A DNA stretch of 64,000 nucleotides from Oscillospiraceae bacterium. Its GTDB lineage: Bacteria; Bacillota; Clostridia; Oscillospirales; Oscillospiraceae. The notes under the pieces were generated by a model, which had not been told where the DNA came from, ran no database searches, and saw nothing but the letters and a program-made list of their open reading frames with translations. The stretch spans positions 302 through 64,301 of the forward strand of contig JAFRLZ010000069.1 in assembly GCA_017430985.1 (NCBI GenBank), written 5' to 3'. The position numbers were made by a program, and so were the translations under genes. The first letter of the stretch is position 1; each line of letters starts with the position of its first letter. Positions 15,421 through 25,035 of this stretch are shown here, in pieces.

Positions 15421-15471
15421 AAACTTTAAGATTGTATCTTTCGGTATTCAGAGAAAAGAGGAGTGGATAGC

Positions 15472-17469
15472 ATGGGAAAGCACGAAGCGCCGAAAAACAG
15501 CGCGAAGCATGCCCGTCCGGCGGAGAAGAACAGAGCTTCCGCGCCGCTGCGTATGCCCGATCTCTCCGGGATCGCAAGCCGCCTGACCGGGTGGATCCGC
15601 AGGCCGGCGCGCGCTGCGGAGAAGCATGAGCGCAGGGAATACGAGTTCAATATGCAGAACGTCGCCACGGTCGCCGTCGGCGCGCTGCTGTTCGCCGTAG
15701 CCTCTCTGCTCCCGACCAAGGGCTGGGTGCGCCTGCTGGTCTTTTTCGTGCCCTATCTTCTGCTCGGCCTCGATACGCTGCGCGACGCGCTCGTCGAGGC
15801 GCTGGACAGGGAATTTTTCGGTAGTGATCTGCTGATCGCAGCGGCCACGATCGCCTGCTTCGGCATTGGCCAGTGGCAGAGCGCCGTCTTTGTCATGCTG
15901 ATCTACCGGGTCGTCGTCATGGCCTGCGCCTACGCGACGGGCGAGCGGAGCCGCATGGCTGACGAGCTGTGCATCCCGCTGCCCGATACGGCCAAGGTCG
16001 AGACCGGCGCCGGCCTGACGGAGAGCGAACTCTCCGCCGTTGCGGTGGGCAGCATCGCGGTCGTGGAACCCGGTGAGATCATCCCGCTCGACGGCATCGT
16101 CGTGGACGGCGTCTCCAGCGTCGAGCTCTCTCCGCTGACCGGTGGCGACACGATCCGCAACGTTGCGACCGGCAGCGCCGTATATGCCGGCAGCGTCAAC
16201 CGCACGAACGAACTCCGCATCCGCACGACGGCCGAGAACTATGCCTCGCTTGCGGAGAAGGCGAGCCGTATCGCCGGACAAGCCGCCGAATCGCAGACGC
16301 GCTCCGGCCAGCCGCTGCGCTATGCCGCGCGTCTGATTCCCGTGCTCTTCACGGTCGCCGCCCTTGTCGTCGGCGTTCTCGTGCCCGTCCTGGGCGGGAA
16401 TTGGAGCACCTGGCTTTACCGCGGCGTGCTGCTGCTGTGCGTCGCCGGGAGCGCTCCGCTGCTCCTGGCGCTGTCTCTCGCGTCCCACACGGCCGTTTGC
16501 CGCGCGGCAGGCCTCGGAGCATATCTGCGCAGCGTCGACGCGCTGGACAGCCTCTCGCGCGCGGAAACGATGATCTTCACGAAGACCGGGACCGTCACGG
16601 AGGGCCACTATGTGGTCGAGGCCGTCTATCCCGAGAAATACAGCGAGAAGGATCTTCTCACGATCGCCGCGCTGGCGGAGTGCCAGTCTCTGCACCCCAT
16701 CGCGCAGGCGCTGCGCGAGGCCTGCGGGATCGGGATCCACCGCCGCGAGGACATCCATCTTGTGGAGGAGGTCCCCGGCCGCGGCGTCAGCACGCTTTTC
16801 TCCGGCCGCAGCGTCTATGTGGGCAATGCGGCGCTGCTCCTGGAGCATGACGTCCAGTTCTCCGTGCCCTCCCGCAGCGGCACCGTGGTCCACGTCGCCG
16901 TCGACGGGGAATATGCCGGACATATCGTCCTCAACGACAAGGTGCGCGAAGGCGCCTTCGACGCGGTGGAGGAGCTGCGCATCCGCGGCGTCCGCTCGAC
17001 CGTGATGCTGACGGGGGACATGCGGTCCGTGGCGCGGCCGATCGCCTCCTCGCTCAACTTCGACCTGGTCAAATGCGAACTCTCGCCGGACGCGAAGATC
17101 TCCGCGCTGGAATATCTCCAGGCATCCAAGGGCAGCCAGGCCGCCATCGCCTGTGTCAGCTGCAAGGACAGGGACGAAGAGTTGCTCAAGCGCGCCGACG
17201 TCGGCATCCTCTTTGCCGCGCTCGATCAGAACCGTGCGCTGGAAGCGGCGGATATCTCGATCCTTGACAACAGCATCCACCGCCTCCCCAAGCTGTATGC
17301 GATCGCCAAGAGCATGTCCCTGCGCTTCCGCGAGGATCTGATCGCGTATTTCGCCGTGAAGGCGCTGCTGCTTCTCCTCGGGATCCTGGGCGTGCTGAGC
17401 ATCTGGGCGGCGGTGCTGCTCGACCTTCTGGCTGCGGTGGCCGTCCTGTTCAACGCTTTTCGGAAGTGA
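15472..17469 (+). CDS. P1B-type (heavy-metal) P-type ATPase homolog with degenerate catalytic motifs
   Basis: Collinear with CadA/ZntA-type pumps: HP motif SLHPIAQA, TGD in MLTGDMRS, and C-terminal TM helices. However DKTGT reads FTKTGT, TGES reads LTGGD, CPC reads CVAGSAP, and GDGxND reads SCKDRDE. ATG at 15472 after AGGAG. Confidence 0.75.
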   Translation: MGKHEAPKNSAKHARPAEKNRASAPLRMPDLSGIASRLTGWIRRPARAAEKHERREYEFNMQNVATVAVGALLFAVASLLPTKGWVRLLVFFVPYLLLGLDTLRDALVEALDREFFGSDLLIAAATIACFGIGQWQSAVFVMLIYRVVVMACAYATGERSRMADELCIPLPDTAKVETGAGLTESELSAVAVGSIAVVEPGEIIPLDGIVVDGVSSVELSPLTGGDTIRNVATGSAVYAGSVNRTNELRIRTTAENYASLAEKASRIAGQAAESQTRSGQPLRYAARLIPVLFTVAALVVGVLVPVLGGNWSTWLYRGVLLLCVAGSAPLLLALSLASHTAVCRAAGLGAYLRSVDALDSLSRAETMIFTKTGTVTEGHYVVEAVYPEKYSEKDLLTIAALAECQSLHPIAQALREACGIGIHRREDIHLVEEVPGRGVSTLFSGRSVYVGNAALLLEHDVQFSVPSRSGTVVHVAVDGEYAGHIVLNDKVREGAFDAVEELRIRGVRSTVMLTGDMRSVARPIASSLNFDLVKCELSPDAKISALEYLQASKGSQAAIACVSCKDRDEELLKRADVGILFAALDQNRALEAADISILDNSIHRLPKLYAIAKSMSLRFREDLIAYFAVKALLLLLGILGVLSIWAAVLLDLLAAVAVLFNAFRK

Positions 17470-17478
17470 CCGTTTTTT

Positions 17479-18042
17479 GTGAACACCTACGATTTTGACA
17501 AGACCATCTATGTGCGCGACAGCTCCGTGGATTTCTGGCTCTATTGTCTGCGCCGTCATCCCGGTCTGCTGCTGCCCACGCTTCCGGGGAGCCTGCGCGC
17601 GGCGCTTCGATACCGGCGCGGGCGGATCGGGACCAAAGAGCTGAAGGAACAGCTCTTCTCCTTCCTCCCCGGTCTGGACGCGCAGGCGGAGGCGGAGCGC
17701 TTCTGGCAAACGCACCGGGAGGGGATCGGCGCCTGGTATCGCGCAAAGCGCCGCCCCGACGATCTGATCCTCTCGGCCTCGCCGGAATTCCTGCTGCGCC
17801 CGATCGCGCGGGAACTGGGCGTTCGCCTGATCGCGACGCCCATGGACCCCGCGACCGGCAGGATCCTCGGCCTCAACTGCCATGACGAGGAGAAGGTCCG
17901 CCGCTTTACCGCGGAATTCCCCGGCGCGCATTCCGAGGACTTCCATTCCGATTCCCTGTCGGACGCGCCCATGGCGCGGATCTCCGACAGAGCGTTTCTG
18001 GTCAGGAGAGGCAGGCTGTCTCCCTGGCCGACAGATCGATGA
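17479..18042 (+). CDS. HAD-superfamily (HAD-IB-like) hydrolase
   Basis: N-terminal motif I YDFDKTIY (DxD). 187 aa. GTG start. Confidence 0.65.
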   Translation: MNTYDFDKTIYVRDSSVDFWLYCLRRHPGLLLPTLPGSLRAALRYRRGRIGTKELKEQLFSFLPGLDAQAEAERFWQTHREGIGAWYRAKRRPDDLILSASPEFLLRPIARELGVRLIATPMDPATGRILGLNCHDEEKVRRFTAEFPGAHSEDFHSDSLSDAPMARISDRAFLVRRGRLSPWPTDR

Positions 18043-18064
18043 AGACAAAAAGGAGGAGCGCGAT

Positions 18065-18625
18065 ATGAGTTCGTCTACAAAAGAAGCCCTGGGCGCCGCG
18101 CTCAAGCAGATGCTGGCGATCAAGCCGATCGAAAAGATCACCATCAAGGATCTTGTCGAGATCTGCGGCGTCAACCGCCAGACCTTCTATTATCACTTCG
18201 ACGACGTATATGATCTTTTGGAATGGGTCTTCGAGGAGGACGCCAACCGCGTCCTGCCGCACGAGGTCGTCTACGAGAACTGGCGCGAGGACGTCCAGCT
18301 GTTTTTTACCTATCTGCAGGACAACAGCAGCTTTGCGCTGAATATCTACAATTCCCAGAGCCGCACCTATATGCTCCGCTATTTCAAGGCCCGCCTGCAG
18401 AGCTGCATCCGCAGCTTCGCGGTGATCGTGTGCGAGACGCGCAACATTGACCGGGCCGATTTCGAATTTGTCGTGGAGCTCTATGCCAATGTGATCGTTG
18501 GGCTGATCTCCCAGTGGCTCGACCGCGGGATGCAGGTCCCCAAGGACTTCACAAAGGACCGTCTGCTGCGTGTGCTGGACAACAGCGTGGAAAACATCCT
18601 GGACCGCTTTCAGATCCTGGATTGA
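18065..18625 (+). CDS. TetR/AcrR family transcriptional regulator
   Basis: N-terminal HTH ITIKDLVEICGVNRQTFYYHFDDVYDLLEW. ATG at 18065 after AAGGAGGAG. Confidence 0.85.
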   Translation: MSSSTKEALGAALKQMLAIKPIEKITIKDLVEICGVNRQTFYYHFDDVYDLLEWVFEEDANRVLPHEVVYENWREDVQLFFTYLQDNSSFALNIYNSQSRTYMLRYFKARLQSCIRSFAVIVCETRNIDRADFEFVVELYANVIVGLISQWLDRGMQVPKDFTKDRLLRVLDNSVENILDRFQILD

Positions 18626-18646
18626 CCCTTCGTTTTGTTCCCGAGC

Positions 18647-18698
18647 GCCGCGGGAAGGACCGGGGCCTGCGCTCCGTCGTTCCGCGGCTTTCTGTTTT
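18647..18698 (+). terminator. intrinsic terminator (or attenuator) between the TetR gene and glnN
   Basis: GCCGCGGGAA ... TTCCGCGGC long hairpin followed by TTTCTGTTTT. Confidence 0.55.
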
Positions 18699-18736
18699 GA
18701 GCGTTCAGAGAGAAGCTGTGCGTGAGGAGGATCGTG

Positions 18737-20830
18737 ATGAATAAAATATCTGAGCTGTTTGGCGAAATGGTCTTCAACGACTCGGTCATGCGGGAGCGTC
18801 TGCCCAAGGCCGTGTTTGAACAGGTCCAGCGCTCCATCAACGAGGGGCGCCGGCTCGACAGCGAAGCGGCCAACGTCGTCGCCAACGCGATGAAGGACTG
18901 GGCCATCGAAAAGGGCGCCACGCATTTCACGCACTGGTTCCAGCCCATGACGGGCATCACGGCCGAAAAGCACGACAGCTTCATTTCGCCCGTGGGCGGC
19001 GGCCGCGTCATCATGGAGTTCTCCGGGAAAGAGCTCATCCAGGGCGAGCCGGACGCCTCCAGCTTCCCCTCGGGCGGTCTGCGGGCTACCTTCGAGGCGC
19101 GGGGCTATACCGCCTGGGACCCGACCTCCTATGCCTTCATCAAGGACAGCGTCCTCTGCATCCCCACGGCCTTCTGCTCCTACGGCGGCGAGGCGCTGGA
19201 CAAGAAGACGCCGCTGCTGCGCTCCATGGAGGCGATCAACCGCCAGGGCATGCGCGTGATCCGGCTCTTCGGCAACACCGAGGTGCGCTCCATCCGGACG
19301 ACCGTCGGCCCCGAGCAGGAGTATTTCCTCATCGACCGGGAGATGTTCGAGCGCCGCAAGGACCTCGTCTACACCGGACGGACCATCTTCGGCGTCAGAC
19401 CTCCCAAGGCGCAGGAGCTGGACGACCATTATTTCGGCGCGATCAAGCCGCGCGTGGCCGCCTTCATGCAGGAGCTGGACGAGGAGCTCTGGAAGCTCGG
19501 CATCATGGCGAAGACCGAGCACAACGAGGTCGCGCCGGGGCAGCACGAGCTGGCGGTGATCTACACCACGACCAACATCGCGGCCGACCACAACCAGCTG
19601 ACCATGGAGATCATGCAGAAGATCGCCCGCAAGCACGGGATGGTCTGCCTCCTGCACGAAAAGCCCTTCGCCGGCGTGAACGGAAGCGGCAAGCACAACA
19701 ACTGGTCCATCACGACCGATACGGGCGTCAATCTGCTGGAGCCGGGCGACACGCCCTATGCCAACGCGCAGTTCCTGCTCTTCCTCTGCGCCGTGATCCA
19801 GGCCGTGGACGATTATCAGGACCTGCTGCGCATCTCAGTCGCCTCCGCCTCGAACGATCACCGTCTCGGCGCGAACGAAGCGCCGCCCGCCGTGGTGTCC
19901 ATTTTCCTCGGCGACGAGCTCGAGGCCATCCTCAGCGCCATTGAGAACGACACGCCCTACGGCGGCCGAGAGAAGGAGCTTCTCCGCATCGGCGTCCACG
20001 CCCTCCCCAAGTTCCCCAGGGATATGACCGACCGCAACCGCACCTCGCCCTTTGCCTTCACCGGGAACAAATTTGAATTCCGTTCGCTCGGCGCGTCACA
20101 GTCCCTTTCCGGTCCGAACGTCGTGCTCAATACCGTCGTGGCCGAATCGCTGCGCCAGTATGCCGACGAGCTGGAGGGCTCTGCGGACTTCGAAAACGAC
20201 CTGCATGCGCTCATCCGCCGCGTGATCTCTGCGCACAGGCGCATCATCTTCAACGGCAACGGCTACGACGAGGCTTGGCTGGCAGAAGCGGAGCGCCGCG
20301 GCCTGCTGAACCTGCCCACCACGCCGGACTGCACGCGCTACTACGACAGCGAGAAGAACCGCGCGCTCTTCGCGCGGCACCGCGTCTACACGGAGACCGA
20401 GCTGCGCGCCCGCTGCGAGATCAAGCTGGAGGGCTACTGCAAGGTGCTGCGGATCGAGGCGCTGACCATGCTCGATATGGCGCGGAAGGACGTGCTCCCC
20501 GCCGTCAGCGCGTATTCTGCGTCGCTCGCGGCGGCGGCGCTGAGCAAGAAGGCTCTCAGCCCGGCTATAGACTGCAGCTTCGAGGAGGAACTGACGGCGC
20601 GGCTGAGCCGCCTCGCGGCCGAGACCGCGCGCTGTGTCCGCGTGCTCGACAGCGCCGTTTCGGGGAGCGCCTCCGTCAGCGGCGCGCTCGCACAGGCCGA
20701 GTATTTCCGCGATGCGGTGCTCCCGGCCATGACCGGGCTGCGCGCCGCGGTGGACGAACTGGAGACCATCACGGCATCCGGATACTGGCCCTGGCCCTCC
20801 TACGGCGATATCCTGTTCAGCGTGAAATAA
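18737..20830 (+). CDS. glnN: glutamine synthetase, type III
   Basis: About 700 aa. The N-terminus [17 protein letters not shown]...[38 protein letters not shown] is typical of GSIII. ATG at 18737 after GAGGAGG. Confidence 0.9.
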   Translation: MNKISELFGEMVFNDSVMRERLPKAVFEQVQRSINEGRRLDSEAANVVANAMKDWAIEKGATHFTHWFQPMTGITAEKHDSFISPVGGGRVIMEFSGKELIQGEPDASSFPSGGLRATFEARGYTAWDPTSYAFIKDSVLCIPTAFCSYGGEALDKKTPLLRSMEAINRQGMRVIRLFGNTEVRSIRTTVGPEQEYFLIDREMFERRKDLVYTGRTIFGVRPPKAQELDDHYFGAIKPRVAAFMQELDEELWKLGIMAKTEHNEVAPGQHELAVIYTTTNIAADHNQLTMEIMQKIARKHGMVCLLHEKPFAGVNGSGKHNNWSITTDTGVNLLEPGDTPYANAQFLLFLCAVIQAVDDYQDLLRISVASASNDHRLGANEAPPAVVSIFLGDELEAILSAIENDTPYGGREKELLRIGVHALPKFPRDMTDRNRTSPFAFTGNKFEFRSLGASQSLSGPNVVLNTVVAESLRQYADELEGSADFENDLHALIRRVISAHRRIIFNGNGYDEAWLAEAERRGLLNLPTTPDCTRYYDSEKNRALFARHRVYTETELRARCEIKLEGYCKVLRIEALTMLDMARKDVLPAVSAYSASLAAAALSKKALSPAIDCSFEEELTARLSRLAAETARCVRVLDSAVSGSASVSGALAQAEYFRDAVLPAMTGLRAAVDELETITASGYWPWPSYGDILFSVK

Positions 20831-20834
20831 GAAG

Positions 20835-20875
20835 AAGCCTCCCGGGAGACGAGATCTTCCGGGAGGCTTTTTTCC
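20835..20875 (+). terminator. intrinsic terminator after glnN
   Basis: AAGCCTCCCGG / CCGGGAGGCTT stem followed by TTTTT. Confidence 0.85.
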
Positions 20876-20882
20876 GCATATG

Positions 20883-20916
20883 AAAAACGGAGCTGTGGCT
20901 GCACAGCTCCGTTTTC
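20883..20916 (-). terminator. intrinsic terminator of the minus-strand membrane protein gene (bidirectional shape)
   Basis: ACGGAGCTGTG / CACAGCTCCGT stem with a 4-nt loop. The A-run on the + side gives a U-run on the minus strand. Confidence 0.75.
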
Positions 20917-20921
20917 TCGTT

Positions 20922-21398
20922 TCAGTCTTCCTTTTTGAAATCCGGCACCATATCGCGCTTGAGGTCCATGTTGTAAAGCCTCTGCTTGATCTTGCCGGGG
21001 TCCTTGTTGAACATGGCGGTGCGCAGCTCGTCGTCCGGCACGAAGCGGTAGTAGGTGCCGCAGAAGGCGTCGAACATGGCGCGGTTTTCCACCCTCGTTC
21101 TGGAGATGAGGAGGAGCGTGGCGATCAGGGCGCCGGAAAAGAAGCTGATCAGCAGATAGAGCTTGCAGAAGCGTATGACGACAAAGCCGAAGACCAGCAA
21201 AAAGAAGCTGCAGACGACCATGGAGATCAGCGTGTACTTCATTGCGCCGGCTCCGATCAGCTCGGGATCGGCGGCCCTCATCTTCCGAATGGTCGGATAG
21301 GCCGTCTGCAGATTGAACAGGATCTGACGGATAAAGAAATAAGCATAGAGCCAGCCGCCGAGAAAGATCGCGCCGGCAAACAGGATCTTCATTTGCAT
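20922..21398 (-). CDS. hypothetical integral membrane protein (158 aa)
   Basis: MQMKILFAGAIFLGGWLYAYFF... with about 4 hydrophobic helices. AGGAGG lies 9 nt upstream of the ATG at 21398. The 438-aa ORF-track version is an upstream overextension. Confidence 0.7.
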   Translation of the reverse strand: MQMKILFAGAIFLGGWLYAYFFIRQILFNLQTAYPTIRKMRAADPELIGAGAMKYTLISMVVCSFFLLVFGFVVIRFCKLYLLISFFSGALIATLLLISRTRVENRAMFDAFCGTYYRFVPDDELRTAMFNKDPGKIKQRLYNMDLKRDMVPDFKKED

Positions 21399-21458
21399 AA
21401 CGGTTTTCCTCCTTGCAGGGATATTATGAATCTTAGCACAAGCGTCGGTAAGATTCAA

Positions 21459-21487
21459 GAATAATGTTTGTCCCCGTCCAATACAAT
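21459..21487 (+). promoter_or_regulatory. candidate sigma-E-type promoter of the spoIIIA operon
   Basis: GAATAAT ... AATACAAT resembles the remembered -35 xxATATT / -10 CATACAxT consensus. Spacing and consensus could not be verified here. Confidence 0.3.
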
Positions 21488-21506
21488 GAGCACAGGGAGT
21501 GAGACG

Positions 21507-22373
21507 ATGGACGCATACGAAAGCGCGCTGCGGCTGATCCCGCCGCGCTATATCGATATCTGCCGCCGCAGCTGCGCCGGTGCGGAGGAGTTCCGCCTCC
21601 GCGTCGGACAGGGCATGACGGCGCTCTGCGCGGGACGGGAGCGGCGTCTCCCGGGCGATCCGCTTCGGGAGGAAGAGCTGCTGCGGGTCCTGGAGAAGGC
21701 CACGGGAGCGTCGGTTCACAGCGCTGCCGCAGAGATGGCGCGCGGCTTCGTGTCCTGGCAGGGGCTGAGGATCGGCCTGTGCGGCGTCGCCGTGGAGCAC
21801 GACGGCGCTTTCAGGGGCTTTCGCAGCTACAGCTCGCTGTCGATCCGCATCCCGCACGAGGCCCGCGGGGCCTGCGACGGGATCTTTCGCACCATGCGGG
21901 ACGGGAGCTTCGTCAACACCCTGATCCTGTCGCCGCCGGGCGGCGGGAAGACGACGGCGCTGCGCGAGCTCATCCGTCTGTTCGCCAACAGCGGCCGGCG
22001 CGTCGGCGTCGTCGACGAGCGCGGAGAGATCGCCGCCGTCTGCGGCGCGCGTCCCGGCTTCGATCTGGGACAGGCCTGCGACGTGATGAGCCTCTGCGGG
22101 AAGCGGGAAGGCGCGATGATGCTCCTCCGAGGGATGAACGAGCAGATCCTCGCCATGGACGAGATCACACAGCCGGAGGACCTGGCGGTGATCCGGGAGA
22201 TCGTCGGCTGCGGCGTGGGGATCCTGGCGACGGCGCACGCCGCGGGCGCGGTCGAGCTGAGGCAGAGACCGCTCTATGCCTCGCTTCTGGATGAGCAGCT
22301 CTTCACACGGGCGGTGCTGATCCGCCAGACGGGCGGGGAGCGCCGCTACGAGCTGTGCGCGCTGCCGGCATGA
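21507..22373 (+). CDS. spoIIIAA: stage III sporulation protein AA (ATPase)
   Basis: Walker A SPPGGGKTT, then VGVVDERGEIA. First gene of an 8-gene spoIIIA-ordered cluster. Confidence 0.9.
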   Translation: MDAYESALRLIPPRYIDICRRSCAGAEEFRLRVGQGMTALCAGRERRLPGDPLREEELLRVLEKATGASVHSAAAEMARGFVSWQGLRIGLCGVAVEHDGAFRGFRSYSSLSIRIPHEARGACDGIFRTMRDGSFVNTLILSPPGGGKTTALRELIRLFANSGRRVGVVDERGEIAAVCGARPGFDLGQACDVMSLCGKREGAMMLLRGMNEQILAMDEITQPEDLAVIREIVGCGVGILATAHAAGAVELRQRPLYASLLDEQLFTRAVLIRQTGGERRYELCALPA

Positions 22374-22879
22374 ACCTGTGCGGAGCCGCGCTCGTCCTGC
22401 TCGGCTGCCTCTATGGGGCCGTCTCCATGACGAGAGAGCAAAAGCGGCGTGTCGCGGCGCTCCGGGAGATGGATGCGGCGCTTGAGCGGCTCGGCGCTGA
22501 GATGGCGCTGAGACTCAGCGGCCTGCCGGATCTGACGGCGCTCCTGGCCGGGAGCTCGCACGGAGCGGCGGCACGCTTTTTCACCTGTCTGCACGGCCTG
22601 CTTTCCGAGCTCGGGAACAAGCCCTTTCATGTTTTGTGGGAGACCGCCGTCGAGCGGAGTTTGCAGGAGCTGTCGGCTGAGGACAGAAGCGAGCTTCTCC
22701 GCCTCGGGGAATGTCTCGGCCGGTATGAACTGGCCGAGCAGCTCAAGGCGCTCGACGCCTGCCGGGCACAGCTCGGGCGCAGCATCGAGGCGCGGAGATC
22801 CGGCCTGACGGATCAGAGACGCCTGATCTTCGGGCTGTGGCTGGCTGCGGGCGGACTGCTCTGTATCGTGTTGTTGTGA
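22370..22879 (+). CDS. spoIIIAB: stage III sporulation protein AB
   Basis: ATGA overlap with spoIIIAA. About 170 aa with N- and C-terminal TM segments. Assigned partly from position in the operon. Confidence 0.8.
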   Translation: MNLCGAALVLLGCLYGAVSMTREQKRRVAALREMDAALERLGAEMALRLSGLPDLTALLAGSSHGAAARFFTCLHGLLSELGNKPFHVLWETAVERSLQELSAEDRSELLRLGECLGRYELAEQLKALDACRAQLGRSIEARRSGLTDQRRLIFGLWLAAGGLLCIVLL

Positions 22880-22887
22880 GGGAAGCT

Positions 22888-23082
22888 ATGGATGTGGATC
22901 TGATCTTCAAGATCGCTGCCGTGGGAGTCGTCGTCGCGGTGATGAATCTGCTGCTGCAGCGCGCCGGGCGGGACGAGCTTGCCCTGATGACGACGATCGC
23001 GGCGCTCGTCGTCGTGCTGACGATGGTGGTCCAGCGGATCAGCGATCTCTTTGCGCTGATCCGTCAGCTTTTCGGGTTTTAG
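22888..23082 (+). CDS. spoIIIAC: stage III sporulation protein AC
   Basis: 64-aa two-TM protein reading MDVDLIFKIAAVGVVVAVMNLLLQRAGRDE... Confidence 0.9.
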   Translation: MDVDLIFKIAAVGVVVAVMNLLLQRAGRDELALMTTIAALVVVLTMVVQRISDLFALIRQLFGF

Positions 23083-23468
23083 TGGAGCTCGTCCTGCGCG
23101 CGGGAGCGCTCGCGCTCTGCGGCGCCTTTGTCGTGCTGCTGCTCCGCCGCAGCGCGCCCGAGCTCGCTCTTCCGCTCTCGGCGGCGGCCGTCGTCGTGAT
23201 CTTGACTGTCACGCTCGGCTTTCTGGGCGGGATACGCGATCTGGAAAAAGCCGCGCACGACAGCTTCGGCGTCTCGGACCTGTATACACAGCCGATGCTC
23301 AAATGCCTGGGGATCGCGCTCGTGACGAGATTTGCCGCCGACCTCTGCCGCGACGCCTCGCAGAGCGCGGCGGCCTCCGCCGTGGAGCTCGCGGGCGCCG
23401 CCTGCGCGCTCGGGGTGGTCCTGCCGCTGCTGACGGGCGTTTTGAAAACCATCGGAGGACTGCTGTGA
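23082..23468 (+). CDS. spoIIIAD: stage III sporulation protein AD
   Basis: 128-aa polytopic membrane protein directly after spoIIIAC. GTG start. Confidence 0.85.
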   Translation: MELVLRAGALALCGAFVVLLLRRSAPELALPLSAAAVVVILTVTLGFLGGIRDLEKAAHDSFGVSDLYTQPMLKCLGIALVTRFAADLCRDASQSAAASAVELAGAACALGVVLPLLTGVLKTIGGLL

Positions 23469-24553
23469 GAAAAGCGTTTCTGTTCATGCTGCTCGGCTTA
23501 CTGTTTCTGACGAACGCGCCGGCCGTTTGCGCCGAGGAGCCTCCGCTGGACGTCAGCGCGGTGGAGGAGGCGCTGACGGAGGAGGCGCGCGAGGTGGGCG
23601 GGACGCTGACGCTGGACGGCAGCTACGACGGCGCAGGGGCGCTGTCGCGCCTGTGGCGGCAGCTTTTGGACAAGCTGCGCGAAGCGGTCCAGGAATGCGC
23701 CTCTCCGGCGGCCACGCTGCTGGCGATCGCTTTTCTGAGCGCCTTGGCGGCCGGGATCGCGCCGGAGCCGAAAACAGCCGAGCTGATCCACACGGCGGCC
23801 GCCGCGGCCGCCGCCCTCAGCATGATCGCCGGCATCGACAGCCTCGCGTCACGCGCGCTCGAGGCGATCGAGCAGCTCGCGGACTATTCGCGCGCGGCGC
23901 TCCCGGCGGTGTTCACCGCGGCCGCGGCGACGGGGTCGGTCCTGACGGCTTCCGCGCGTTATGCCGCCGTCTGCCTTTCGCTGGACGTGCTCATGGCGGT
24001 CACAAAGCGCTTGACACTTCCGCTTATTTATTCGTTCTTCGCCGTTTCGATCAGCGGCGGCGTATTTCCGCACCCCTTTCTGAGGGCGGCCGGAAAACTG
24101 CTCAAGCGCCTTGCGACCATGGTGATGACAGGTCTTACCACGGCTTTTACGGCGTATATCGGCGTGACCGGCCTCGTCACCGGCAGCGCGGACGCCGCTG
24201 CTGTCAAGACGGCGAAAAGCGTTATCTCCGGCGCGCTCCCGGTCGTTGGCGGGATCCTGTCCGACGCGGCCTCCGCCGTGCTGTCCGCCGCAAGCCTTAT
24301 CAAGAACTCGGCGGGCGCTTTCGCGTTGGTTTCCGTCTGCGCATTGTGCGCGGCGCCCTTTGCGCTGCTCTCGATCCGGATGCTGCTGTTTCAAGTCGCG
24401 GCCGCCGTCGCGGAGGCTGTCCCGGGCGGGCGGCTCGCGGCCCTGCTGGGCGATCTGTCCGCGGGGATGGCGATGCTGCTCGGTCTGGTCGGCTCCTTCG
24501 GCGTGATGCTGTTTTTCTCTGTCCTGGCGGCGATCAAGGTGGCGGCGGCATGA
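23465..24553 (+). CDS. spoIIIAE: stage III sporulation protein AE
   Basis: GTGA overlap start. Signal peptide VRKAFLFMLLGLLFLTNAPAVCA, then multiple TM helices. 362 aa. Confidence 0.85.
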   Translation: MRKAFLFMLLGLLFLTNAPAVCAEEPPLDVSAVEEALTEEAREVGGTLTLDGSYDGAGALSRLWRQLLDKLREAVQECASPAATLLAIAFLSALAAGIAPEPKTAELIHTAAAAAAALSMIAGIDSLASRALEAIEQLADYSRAALPAVFTAAAATGSVLTASARYAAVCLSLDVLMAVTKRLTLPLIYSFFAVSISGGVFPHPFLRAAGKLLKRLATMVMTGLTTAFTAYIGVTGLVTGSADAAAVKTAKSVISGALPVVGGILSDAASAVLSAASLIKNSAGAFALVSVCALCAAPFALLSIRMLLFQVAAAVAEAVPGGRLAALLGDLSAGMAMLLGLVGSFGVMLFFSVLAAIKVAAA

Positions 24554-25035
24554 CGGCGGCGCTGCGTCTGCTGTGCGCGCTGGCGGTCTTCTGCGGCGCG
24601 CTGCTGAGCGTGATGCCCGAGGGGAGCGTCAAGCGCATCGCCGCGATCGGCTGTACGGCCGCGATGCTCCTGGCCGTGCTGGGCGCGCTGCGCGAGCTGG
24701 ACCCGGGCGACTTCACCCTGGAGCTCGCCCGTTACCGTGAACTCGGCAGAGAACTCGCCGTTCGCTCGGAAGAGGTCAGGGACAGGCTGAACCGCAGCGT
24801 CATAGAGGAAGAGTACGAGGCATATATATGTGACGAAGCAAAGCGCTTCGGGGCCGACGGCATCCGCGCGGAGGTCACGCTGCGCTGGGATATGGCCGGC
24901 GTGTGGCTTCCGTATGAGATCAGGCTGAGCGGGCGAGCTGACCGCGATGCGGTCGCCCGGCTGCGCGAGCGGATCGGCGCGGAGCTCGGCGTGCCGCCGG
25001 AGAGGATAAGCTGGGACGATGAAGAGCGAGGATAA
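24550..25035 (+). CDS. spoIIIAF: stage III sporulation protein AF
   Basis: ATGA overlap with spoIIIAE. Two N-terminal TM helices plus a soluble domain. Assigned partly from operon position. Confidence 0.75.
   Translation: MTAALRLLCALAVFCGALLSVMPEGSVKRIAAIGCTAAMLLAVLGALRELDPGDFTLELARYRELGRELAVRSEEVRDRLNRSVIEEEYEAYICDEAKRFGADGIRAEVTLRWDMAGVWLPYEIRLSGRADRDAVARLRERIGAELGVPPERISWDDEERG

Noticed and set aside
15448-18174. 908-aa minus-strand ORF spanning the ATPase-like and HAD genes. Similar giant ORFs occur at 39996-43139 (-), 54719-58075 (-), 44190-46802 (-), 58118-60250 (-), 30675-32621 (-), 18002-19696 (-), 26623-28212 (-) and 37367-39580 (+).
   Set aside because: Each lies antisense to, or out of frame with, a gene carrying clear conserved motifs (valS, alaS, pcrA, comEC, dxs/tlyA/nadK, glnN, xseA, telA/xpaC). 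Their translations are R/A/G/D/H-rich low-complexity strings of the kind high-GC DNA produces by lacking stop codons.
18626-18736. Possible glutamine (glnA-motif) riboswitch upstream of the type III glutamine synthetase, suggested by CGUU...GGGAAGGAC-like strings.
   Set aside because: I cannot reproduce the motif's consensus pairing from memory with confidence. The region is explained more simply by a terminator hairpin with a T-run after the TetR gene. It would need a cmsearch with the Rfam glnA model to revisit.
20880-21464. 194-aa + strand ORF, and the 438-aa version of the minus ORF 20922-22238.
   Set aside because: The + ORF is antisense to a well-formed membrane protein gene with an RBS and terminator. 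The long minus version runs antisense through spoIIIAA and ignores the RBS-supported ATG at 21398.
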